In this document: positions 17,403 through 24,295 of the stretch, piece by piece
How the letters are laid out: the number at the start of each line of letters is the position of its first letter
How positions within the stretch are numbered: position 1 is the stretch's first letter
Source: Sinorhizobium meliloti
GTDB taxonomy: Bacteria; Pseudomonadota; Alphaproteobacteria; Rhizobiales; Rhizobiaceae
DNA length: 32,000 nucleotides
Reading direction: 5' to 3'
Assembly: GCF_017876815.1 (NCBI RefSeq)
Contig: NZ_JAGIOS010000002.1
Coordinates: 1,440,001-1,472,000 of the forward strand
Notes under the pieces: model-generated
What the model saw: the letters and a program-made list of their open reading frames with translations, nothing else
Database searches by the model: none
What the model was told of the DNA's origin: nothing
Position numbers and translations under genes: made by a program

Positions 17403-17749
17403 CAGGTTTGGAATACGGCAGAGCTCCTCGGACGGTGGACACTACTTCGTTCAGGGGTTGAGCGACCCTTCTGCACTGATTAAATTCGATAAGCCGCTGG
17501 ACGAGCTTCGGGCTGCGCTGGCAGAGTTTGACTGGGAGACAGAGCCGTTCACAACCCTGGGCGGTGGGAATTGCCGCGATGCTGCGGCGTTCGCGTCACC
17601 CCAACGCCGCCGCTGTTCCTGACCAAGAATTTCGGCTCGCATCCCATACCTTGCCTAAAACACGTCGGTAACGACGTCGTCAATGACGGCCATCAACGCG
17701 CTATCCGGCAGGCGGTGCCAATCGGGCGGTTAGCCTGAAAAGGGGGCAT

Positions 17750-18169
17750 TCAACCTGAAACCGTGTCAGCGAAGCATGATGCGATCATCTTGTTTGCTCC
17801 TAAGTCCCTTGCCCATTTTGCGATCTCGGGTTCGTCACTCTTCTCAGCGATGCCGCCCCACACTTCCTTCAGCACGGGGTTTCCTGACGAAGAGTCGAAG
17901 AAAAAATAGCCTGGGTCAGCAACCGGGACATCGGCATATACAATCGTCCATGTGCCGGCCTGCATAAAATTGATGATGCTGATCTTGGACGGTTGGACCT
18001 TCTGATCAAGGCCATTGGCAACAAGCCTCGAGTAGTCGGCTTTGCGTGTGGCGCTGAGCTTCGTATCAACGCCTTTGCAGGGATCAGCCGCCAATGCGGC
18101 ATGTTGTGGTAGTTGGAGGATGACAGCAGCTAAACCGAATGCGAAAAGTTGTTTTAGAAACGTGGACAT
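17750..18169 (-). CDS. secreted hypothetical protein
   Basis: Start re-set to the ATG at 18169, giving a Sec signal peptide MSTFLKQLFAFGLAAVILQLPQHAALA/ADP. I recognise no family. Confidence 0.55.
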   Translation of the reverse strand: MSTFLKQLFAFGLAAVILQLPQHAALAADPCKGVDTKLSATRKADYSRLVANGLDQKVQPSKISIINFMQAGTWTIVYADVPVADPGYFFFDSSSGNPVLKEVWGGIAEKSDEPEIAKWARDLGANKMIASCFADTVSG

Positions 18170-18231
18170 CAGGGCAGTACTCGCTCCAGAAAGCTTCTGG
18201 TAGATAACCACACATCGTGTTCGCGGACAAA

Positions 18232-18290
18232 TGGTAAGCTACCGCTTAAACCACGAAAAGTCCGGGCTCGGTTCCCGGGCTTGCAACCAA
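18232..18290 (+). repeat. tRNA 3'-half-like fragment, degenerate copy 1 (putative att scar)
   Basis: Ends in CCGGG-CTCGGTT-CCCGG GCTTGCA A CCA, i.e. a T-arm-like hairpin, an acceptor 3' strand and CCA. There is no matching 5' acceptor strand and the T-loop is non-canonical. It is a direct repeat of 18640-18697. Confidence 0.55.
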
Positions 18291-18312
18291 CATACAGAGC
18301 GACCGCCCCGTT

Positions 18313-18450
18313 TCATCTTAGGGGCGTCTGAGGAACCACTTCTGGCACATCCGGTGGCACCTCACTTTCTGGGACGAACCCAAGGATGCTCACCACGAGA
18401 GCGATGAGAACGCAGATGAGTACGAGGAAGGCAACACCGGTTCTGTCCAT
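18313..18450 (-). CDS. small hydrophobic ORF (45 aa, one TM helix), hypothetical
   Basis: Below the ORF-track cut-off. The ATG at 18450 gives MDRTGVAFLVLICVLIALVVSILGFVPESEVPPDVPEVVPQTPLR. The Shine-Dalgarno sequence is weak. It lies between the two tRNA-like repeats. Confidence 0.3.
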   Translation of the reverse strand: MDRTGVAFLVLICVLIALVVSILGFVPESEVPPDVPEVVPQTPLR

Positions 18451-18639
18451 TCATTATTAGCAATTCCGAATGTGATGAATTCGAGGCAAAGACTAAGAGG
18501 CTCGCATCCTGTCGCCGCGACCAGACCCGCGCCCGGGGGGTACCGGGCAAATCAAAGGAGAAGAAGGTCGATTAATCTAAATAATATTCGTCAAAGTGGA
18601 CTGATCCGAAGCAATCAACTCTGACGCAAGCAGGGCAAC

Positions 18640-18697
18640 TGGTAGGCCGAGGCCTATAACCTCGAAGAACGGGTTCGATTCCCGGGCCTGCAACCAA
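18640..18697 (+). repeat. tRNA 3'-half-like fragment, copy 2 (anticodon-arm-like hairpin to CCA end; not an intact tRNA)
   Basis: CGAGG-CCTATAA-CCTCG hairpin, short variable region, canonical T-arm GGGTTCGATTCCC, then GCCTGCA-A-CCA. The best 5' partner (GCAGGGC at 18630) would give only about 67 nt with no D-stem. The last 19 nt differ from copy 1 at one position. Confidence 0.6.
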
Positions 18698-18720
18698 ATT
18701 CGAGACGATGGCTATCTGCG

Positions 18721-18912
18721 TCAGTCTTCGTCCCAGAGCATTTCCATTATCTCGTCAGGGGATTCCTTAACCTGAAACGTCGCGCAATCTGCGTTTTTGG
18801 GAGCGAAGGTGACGAGAGTGGTGCGTCGTTGACCTTCAACCCGCTGGAAGTGCGTCACAGCGTCCATGTTGACGAAAATTGGTCCGTTGTTGTCGTGTAG
18901 TTCGAGCCACAT
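18721..18912 (-). CDS. small hypothetical protein (63 aa)
   Basis: ATG at 18912 preceded by GAGAGGA. MWLELHDNNGPIFVNMDAVTHFQRVEGQRRTTLVTFAPKNADCATFQVKESPDEIMEMLWDED. The upstream part of the track ORF is unlikely to be coding. Confidence 0.45.
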   Translation of the reverse strand: MWLELHDNNGPIFVNMDAVTHFQRVEGQRRTTLVTFAPKNADCATFQVKESPDEIMEMLWDED

Positions 18913-19150
18913 GGTTTGTGTCCTCTCGACAATTCGTCGGCTCGCGGAAGTATAGCACAAGGGTGAGTGAAATGAGCCCGTACCGCGTCGAATACGATTC
19001 CGGCCCTGAGGGCATGGAGGGGATGAAGCCGTCAAGAACGAGTGGGCGGACAAAGGCTATCGCCTCGATCAGGTGGCCCGAGATCGACTTAGGAGTGGCT
19101 TCTGATGTTCTCCTTAAGCACGTTCACTTGCTAACTCCTTCCAACGTTAA

Positions 19151-19603
19151 TCCATATCAGTCCCGAGGCACGAGACGTTCGCGCAGGAACTCTTCAAAGG
19201 CAAGTCAGCCGATGAGGCATATGCGTCCGCGGGGTATAAGCCGGACAGGGCAACGCTTCCCGCCTGACAGCAAATGACGGCATCAAAGACCGCGTGGCCG
19301 AAATCCAAGGTAAGGGCGCTCTCAAGGCGGAAGCGACTGTCGAGCGTGTTTTGAAAGAGCTCTCCCGTATCGGCTTCTCCGATCTTGGCCGCGTGTTCGA
19401 TGCGAACGGCAGGCTGCTTCGACCTGAAGAGCGGGATGTCAGCCGCCGCGGTCGCTTCGGTCGAAGTGGTGACCCGCAACATCGGCGACGGTGAGGTCGA
19501 GCACGTCCACAAATCTAAGGTCTGGGACATAAATAGCGCCTTGGAGACCCTCGCCAAGCACCTCGATTGTTCATCGAGCGTGTCGAGCACTCTCGGAGCA
19601 TGA
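19151..19603 (+). pseudogene. phage terminase small subunit remnant (no start, at least two frameshifts)
   Basis: Frame-hopping translation gives RHETFAQELFKGKSADEAYASAGYKPDR / NASRLTANDGIKDRVAEIQGKGALKAEATVERVLKELSRIGFSDLGRVFDANGRLLRPEE / DVSAAAVASVEVVTRNIGDGEVEHVHKSKVWDINSALETLAKHL. This is a typical TerS HTH followed by a coiled region. The frame opens directly after a TAA and has no start codon. Confidence 0.6.
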
Positions 19604-20070
19604 GCCTCAATGTCTCGCCAGAGGATGCCGAACTGTGGCGCATGCAGGTGGCTCGATTAACGGAGAAACAGCGAGAGGCTAATCGCCTTCTCGCCGGCCC
19701 GGCGCGCAACATCATGCCCCGCGGCGGGTCTCGGTCGGGAAAGACGTTCGTTCTTTGTCGGGCGATGCTCCAGCGAGCGATAAATGCTCCGGGTTCGCGG
19801 CATGTCATAGTCAGATTTCGATTCAACCACGCGAAGACGTCGGTCTGGTCCGATACGCTGCCCAAAGCCTGGCCCTCTGCTTCCCGTCGGTTCGGGTGAG
19901 GGTTTGACAAGACCGACTTCTATGTCGAGCTGCCGAACGGATCGCAGATCTGGATAGCCGGCCTCGATGATAAAGAGCGCGTCGAGAAGATCCTGGGACA
20001 GGAATACGCCACTCTCTATTTCAACGAGAGCAGCCAAATCCCCTGGGCATCCCGCCGTCCGGTGGTGTAG
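19600..20070 (+). pseudogene. phage terminase large subunit, N-terminal fragment (frameshift near 19898, truncated near 20070)
   Basis: MSLNVSPEDAELWR...LLAGPARNIMPRGGSRSGKTF (Walker A)...RHVIVRFRFNHAKTSVW, then after a frameshift DKTDFYVELPNGSQIWIAGLDDKERVEKILGQEYATLYFNESSQIPW. The nuclease half is absent. Confidence 0.7.
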
Positions 20071-20079
20071 CTATGCCGA

Positions 20080-20241
20080 TCAGAACACGCCCAGAGAGCT
20101 GAGCAACGAAACTGCGCCAACGATCAGAACCACGATCTGAGCCATCTGCTTCATCGTAGAGTCGATCGGAAGTTTCTGCACGAGATAGAGCAAAACGATG
20201 ACGAATAGGATTGTGACGAGGATGCTGATTGCGGCGGACAT
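20080..20241 (-). CDS. small two-TM membrane protein (53 aa)
   Basis: Below the ORF-track cut-off. MSAAISILVTILFVIVLLYLVQKLPIDSTMKQMAQIVVLIVGAVSLLSSLGVF. The layout (TM, LP.D loop, TM) resembles widespread small membrane proteins of about 50 aa. GAAGGA lies 10 nt upstream of the ATG. Confidence 0.5.
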   Translation of the reverse strand: MSAAISILVTILFVIVLLYLVQKLPIDSTMKQMAQIVVLIVGAVSLLSSLGVF

Positions 20242-20322
20242 GTCCCCCAGGTCCTTCAACTAAGCGCCTTGCGGCATGAAGGCGTAAATATGGCTGAGCT
20301 CTCGAAAAGGAAGGGAGGACGG

Positions 20323-20520
20323 ATGGCGAACCCAATCTATGCCCGTCTGCAGGCGACGGCGCAGCGCCTCATCGCAAAATATGGGCCCGGCGTGGCCCGT
20401 CGCTGGGGGCAGGCGCCAGGCCTCTCACCGCCCCGTCCGCCACCGGGACGGCTGCGCGCGGCGTTAACACAATGCGGTTGCGGTCTCTACTCGCCTATTC
20501 GGGCTAAACCCAAAGCCACA
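20323..20520 (+). pseudogene. phage-type gene 5' fragment (MANPIYARLQATAQRLIAKYG...)
   Basis: ATG at 20323 after GGGAGGA. The first ~21 residues resemble N-termini that I associate with small phage virion proteins. After that the reading frame becomes Pro/Arg-rich and non-protein-like although it stays open to 20862. Confidence 0.3.
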
Positions 20521-21006
20521 ATCAGAGACCGTGCAGTCTCTGCAGCGTCGTTTGAAATTCTCAATTCGCGCGTATGTGAATTCGAACGCTCAGAAGCTGG
20601 GCCTCTTCTTTCGTCGAGAGAGAAGGGCCTTTCTGCGTCTAAGAGCAAAAGACCCGCGATCCGGGCCGGGGTCACATTCCATGGCGTCCCGTCGCGCCTG
20701 TGGGTAGGCCGTCGGATGCTTTTTTGTTCCGGCAGCCCGAAATCGTCTCTGTCGCGCATCAACCGAAATCCTCCGGTGCCCATTCGCAAGGCCAGTACTC
20801 CGGTGCGGCTAAGACGGTGGAGCCTCAGAGCCGTGGAGAAGGGGACGATTTTTACAACCTAAGCCCATCACTCACCCAAGGGGCGAGCGACGGCGGCCGC
20901 TCGGGGTGATAACTCTAATATGGCAAAGGTTCGCGCGGCGGCCTGCCTAAGACCCTTGCCATCGTCGACAAAGTCCAATCAGCAGGCATTCAGGAGAATG
21001 CTGCAA

Positions 21007-21456
21007 TCACTCGGGCTGCGGCAGGGGGATCAATGTTTTCGTCTTGCTCTTGGTCGGCTTTTCGCCCGGAACATGGGACATGGTCTTCGTGCGGCTCTGC
21101 AGTCCGTCGTCCGTAACCTTGGTCTTGGTCTGCGACTTGCTGAATGTTCCTTTGTCCATGGCCTGAGCCTTTGACTGCCCCTGCAATTGGGAGGGATTGT
21201 CGTTTATTTTCGTCTGGCTCTTTGCCTTTCCTTCCGAGGTTGCTGCGCTTCCGCCTACGCCAATCGAGGACGTCGTTCCGTCGTCGGTCCTGCATGTGCC
21301 TGCCGTTCCGATCGTGCTGGCCGAGGTGCCACCGGCCGCGGCGCTTCCGCCAGATCCAACCGTTCCCGCCGCATCGCACTCTTGAGCCTCCGCTGGCACG
21401 AACGCAGCCGTTGCGGACGCGACGACGAAAAATGCAAGTATCGTTCTTCGAAGCAT
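21007..21456 (-). CDS. secreted low-complexity protein (Gly/Ser/Thr-rich N-half, Lys/Thr/Gln-rich C-half)
   Basis: Start re-set to the ATG at 21456, 5 nt after AAAGGAG. Signal peptide MLRRTILAFFVVASATAAFVPAEA/QE, then CDAAGTVGSGGSAAAGGTSASTIGTAGTC and KSQTK-type repeats. Confidence 0.6.
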   Translation of the reverse strand: MLRRTILAFFVVASATAAFVPAEAQECDAAGTVGSGGSAAAGGTSASTIGTAGTCRTDDGTTSSIGVGGSAATSEGKAKSQTKINDNPSQLQGQSKAQAMDKGTFSKSQTKTKVTDDGLQSRTKTMSHVPGEKPTKSKTKTLIPLPQPE

Positions 21457-21467
21457 AACAGCTCCTT

Positions 21468-21845
21468 TCATTTCTTCGGCTTGATGATTGCGCAGGTCCC
21501 ATCCGAACGGCGCGTGATGGTCGTGCCGTCGGGGCGGGTCACGGTAGCGGTCGCAAAGCTCTCTCCACCGGAGGACCCACTCGTCACTGAGGATCCGGCA
21601 CTGCTCGTGGCAGAGCCACCGCTTGCCGAGGTGCCGCCGCCGACCGTCGTGGACGAGGATACGCTGCCAGACCCTACAGTGACTGACGACGAAACGCGGC
21701 TCCCGTCCGACTGTTCTGGTTCGATGACCACGCACGTCGAGCCGTCATCGAGCTTAATCTCTTTCGCTGCGGCATGGTCAGGGGCAGCCATAGCAGCCGC
21801 GAACAGCGCCGTGATAACCGGGACTAGAAATGAACTGGAGGTCAT
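21468..21845 (-). CDS. secreted Ser/Gly/Thr-rich low-complexity protein (125 aa)
   Basis: ATG at 21845 after GGAGGAGG. Signal peptide MTSSSFLVPVITALFAAAMAAPDHAAA. The motifs DDGSTCVVIEP and SDGTCAIIKP bracket a Ser/Gly/Thr tract. Confidence 0.65.
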   Translation of the reverse strand: MTSSSFLVPVITALFAAAMAAPDHAAAKEIKLDDGSTCVVIEPEQSDGSRVSSSVTVGSGSVSSSTTVGGGTSASGGSATSSAGSSVTSGSSGGESFATATVTRPDGTTITRRSDGTCAIIKPKK

Positions 21846-21909
21846 CGGGCCTCCTCCTTCTTGAAAACGCTGGCTTCGGAAGGGTCCTCCGAAGCCAGCC
21901 GATTTGATA

Positions 21910-22449
21910 TCAGCAGGACGGTCTGTTGCCCTTGGAGCCGTCCTTCTTGGCGAGGCCAGGAGGACAATTCTTGTTGCTCTCATCGTCCTGGGCGGCGTCG
22001 CGGGCGCTGTTTTCATCGCCTTGGACACTGCCGGTGGTCTCATCCGATGTTCCGCCACCTGATCCAGCGGCTGAGCCACCGGTTCCAACGGAGCTGCTGG
22101 TGCTTCCACCGCCTGCGGAAGAGCCGCCGGTGCCAAGGGTCGAAGCGGAGCCGGCGCTACCCGACCCGGCGGCTGATCCACCCGTTCCCACGGAGCTGCT
22201 TGACGTACCGCCGCCGGCCGAAGATCCGCCCGTTCCCAGTGTCGATGCAGAGCCGGACTGGCAATCGCTGGTGTTCGGATCGCAACCGCCACCAGCCGAG
22301 CTTCCGCCCGTTCCGACGGTGCTGCTTGAGGTCCCACCGCCGGCGCTGGTGCCGCCGGTGCCAATCGTTGTGCTCGATTGCGCGAACGCGCCCAGCGTGG
22401 TGCCCGCGAGAAGGCCTGCCGCGAGGGCCGTCCTGATGAAATACCGCAT
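21910..22449 (-). CDS. secreted Gly/Ser/Thr-rich repeat protein (179 aa)
   Basis: ATG at 22449 after AGGAAAGGA. Signal peptide MRYFIRTALAAGLLAGTTLGAFA/QSS. Three copies of (S/T)xGTGGSSAGGGTSSSxVGTGGSxAGxG, and Cys pairs CDPNTSDC and C..C at the C-terminus. Confidence 0.65.
   Translation of the reverse strand: MRYFIRTALAAGLLAGTTLGAFAQSSTTIGTGGTSAGGGTSSSTVGTGGSSAGGGCDPNTSDCQSGSASTLGTGGSSAGGGTSSSSVGTGGSAAGSGSAGSASTLGTGGSSAGGGSTSSSVGTGGSAAGSGGGTSDETTGSVQGDENSARDAAQDDESNKNCPPGLAKKDGSKGNRPSC
22060..22385 (-). repeat. in-frame tandem DNA repeats inside the 21910-22449 gene
   Basis: GCGGCTGAGCCACCGGTTCC... at 22067 recurs as GCGGCTGATCCACCCGTTCC... at 22169, a period of 102 bp (34 aa). A third, more diverged copy follows with a 126-bp spacing caused by the CDPNTSDCQSGSA insertion. 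Confidence 0.7.
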
Positions 22450-23162
22450 TGGAGTTCCTTTCCTCACGTTAATGTCCTTGTGGCTGCAACCTGCCTACCA
22501 ACCCAAACCAGCATGACGTGTTCCGGGCTGGGACTTCGGACCGAAGGGGTCCCGGCGCAAAGTCTGAAGGCCTACTCGGACCTTCGCCCGTTCGGCGCGC
22601 GCATAGGTCTGAGCGGCGATTCCGAATGGAACCGCGCGGCCGGATCGCTCGTTTTCTGCGCTCGGGCTTCGCGCAGCCCTGCTCACCAAATTGATTGTGA
22701 TGGCACTTCGGGGGCCGCAGCTCTGTTTGTGTCTCACGACATTCGCGATATTGTGGAAAGGGATGACGGCGTCTTCTCATCATCGTCGTCTGGCCACCAC
22801 CCCCATCCATTCATGAAGGAGCGCTTCTTTCGCCTGCTGACCATCGAGGCGGAGTAATAGAAGCTGCAGCAGCTGGTGCTCCGAAATTCTCCGACGGCAG
22901 GTAAGCGGCGCTGTCCTTCCGGCAATCTCAGATCAGCTTTTGCACTTTGAGCCCGTCGGCCGTGATCTGTCTCGTCGGCCGGTCAACAGCTGACCCCGCG
23001 TGTGCTTCCTGGCCTTTTCGTCATCCAGGACGGTTCCTATCCTTCATGTTTGATCATGGAGGAAAGCATCGCGACGATCCGATCACGAGCTCGTTTCAGA
23101 AAAGTAGCACGAGGTTGCATACCTAGGCGCGCGGGGGAAGTGACGCGGAAGAAGGCCCTTGA

Positions 23163-23420
23163 AGCTTCCGTGGGGCGGGGTCTGTGCGGAAAGGCGAACG
23201 AGGGACCGGAATTGCAGCAAGCCTTTTGCATGACGTTACAGAGCATGCACGAGATCACGGAGTTCTGCAGTTGGAGCTTGCGGTGAATGCAGAAAATTCG
23301 GCAGCGATGCGATTCTATCAACGCCACGGTTTCGTAGAGGTTGGCCGCATTCCAAACGGCTTCCTGGGGCACGGTACCAAGAACGACGAGTTAATCATGG
23401 TCCTGTGCTTGGAGAGATAA
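23163..23420 (+). pseudogene. GNAT family N-acetyltransferase, C-terminal fragment
   Basis: VRKGERGTGIAASLLHDVTEHARDHGVLQLELAVNAENSAAMRFYQRHGFVEVGRI is the acetyl-CoA-binding motif A plus motif B. An in-frame TGA at 23160 and non-GNAT sequence upstream mean the N-terminal half is missing. Confidence 0.6.
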
Positions 23421-23443
23421 CCATTTCCGTATCGCTTCCACTC

Positions 23444-23462
23444 CGCCCCATTTAGTGGGGCG
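23444..23462 (+). terminator. hairpin CGCCCCA-TTTAG-TGGGGCG after the GNAT fragment
   Basis: Perfect 7-bp stem 24 nt after the stop codon. No T-tract follows, so this is a weak call. Confidence 0.25.
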
Positions 23463-23938
23463 CTCCGGCGACGTTTACCCTCCGAGAAAAAATGGGCACA
23501 ACAAGCGCCGGCCGGCCGACGGCCCGACCCGTTCGACCGGGGCTTGACCGGTCAAAAGGCTAGCCGCAGGAGGTTCAGCATGGCGCCGGCAAGCCGCTCC
23601 ACGGACTCGAGGATGGATCTCTCGCACTCCTCGCCAAGCCGACGGCCGCTGCCCCGCTAACTCAATGGTTGGCGCAGCTGCGATTTCTTTTTGAGAGGGC
23701 GAACGGTGCGTACAAGGATGCCTAATTGGATATGACTGGATGGGCGGCCTAAGCGCGCGTTGCAGAAACCGCGGTCACATTGGCCCATTTTGCCACTACA
23801 GCCGCAGCGCCGGCTGTAAGCAAGGCGCTCGCAGGAGTGAATTGGTTAGGTTAGCAATTAAGTGACCTCAGCGTGCTGCCAACGTGCTCGGACTTCGAAG
23901 AGCGGTGATCCGTTTGGCCTTGGACAGTCCAGCGGAGC

Positions 23939-24157
23939 CTACTTCTTGAAACGAACACCCACGCCGCCACCATTTTCCGGGATGAACTCAATTCCTGCCT
24001 TGGCGAACGCCGCGACGATGCTTGCAAGATTATTGACGATGGGAACGTGAGCTCCCCGTTCAAAATCCGCAATGGTCTGGCGAGACACGCTGGCTGCTTT
24101 GGCCAACTCTGCTTGGCTCCAACCCAACATAGCTCGCGCCCCACGGCACTGCTCCAT
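23939..24157 (-). CDS. XRE-family helix-turn-helix transcriptional regulator (72 aa)
   Basis: Start re-set to the ATG at 24157. MEQCRGARAMLGWSQAELAKAASVSRQTIADFERGAHVP...AGIEFIPENGGGVGVRFKK is a common alphaproteobacterial HTH_3 protein pattern. Confidence 0.8.
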   Translation of the reverse strand: MEQCRGARAMLGWSQAELAKAASVSRQTIADFERGAHVPIVNNLASIVAAFAKAGIEFIPENGGGVGVRFKK

Positions 24158-24230
24158 CGTAAGAAGATCGTTACTCAAGGCAAACTTTCTGATTGACTTC
24201 TGACATTTTGTAGGAAAAATAACCGGCGAC

Positions 24231-24262
24231 GATCGAACAGGTGCGCGAACACCTGCTCGATC
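24231..24262. promoter_or_regulatory. 13-bp imperfect inverted repeat in the divergent XRE / hypothetical-gene promoter region (candidate operator)
   Basis: GATCGAACAGGTG-CGCGAA-CACCTGCTCGATC with 12 of 13 positions complementary. It sits 74 nt upstream of the XRE start and 34 nt upstream of the 24296 ATG. Confidence 0.4.
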
Positions 24263-24295
24263 TGACCACAACCCAAGCTGTAAGGAGCTCGGATC

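Larger units (their letters stand above)
18698..20520. mobile_element. degraded prophage / integrated-element remnant next to the tRNA-like repeats
   Basis: Contains frameshifted terminase small-subunit and truncated terminase large-subunit sequences plus a phage-type gene 5' fragment. No integrase is present and no intact phage gene. The right boundary is not defined. Confidence 0.55.

Noticed and set aside
17403-17749. Possible gene remnant after lsrG (+ frame ...FDKPLDELRAALAEFDWETEPFTTLGGG...).
   Set aside because: There is no start codon or RBS, the open stretch is short and changes frame, and I recognise no family. I did not annotate it.
18630-18696. Tested whether the second tRNA-like element is an intact tRNA gene (anticodon loop CCTATAA, which would read TAT).
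   Set aside because: The best acceptor pairing gives only about 67 nt and no D-stem can be formed. Position 33 would be C rather than the nearly invariant U, and the acceptor stem has a mismatch. I treat it as a fragment.
20521-20909. Remainder of the 197-aa + ORF (20269-20862), reverse ORF 20487-20789, and local inverted repeats such as AGAGAC-N6-GTCTCT.
   Set aside because: Both frames are Arg/Pro/Ser-rich and not protein-like. The inverted repeats are short. The region could be a rhizobial intergenic repeat element, but I cannot match it from memory, so I made no call.
21468-22516. Long alternative readings of the Gly/Ser-rich region: the 298-aa - ORF 21468-22364, the + ORFs 21861-22436 and 21926-22516, and the N-terminal extension of 21007-21735.
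   Set aside because: These are Pro/Ala/Arg-rich shadow frames without a signal peptide or RBS. The chosen frames each start at an ATG with a strong Shine-Dalgarno and a Sec signal peptide.
22450-23160. ORFs 22378-22857 (+), 22469-22810 (-), 22734-22925 (-) and 23002-23286 (+), and a GGGAC-TTCGG-A-CCGAA-GG-GTCCC palindrome near 22530.
   Set aside because: No RBS, no motifs and poor composition. The palindrome is isolated. I regard the region as non-coding or decayed DNA upstream of the secreted-protein genes.
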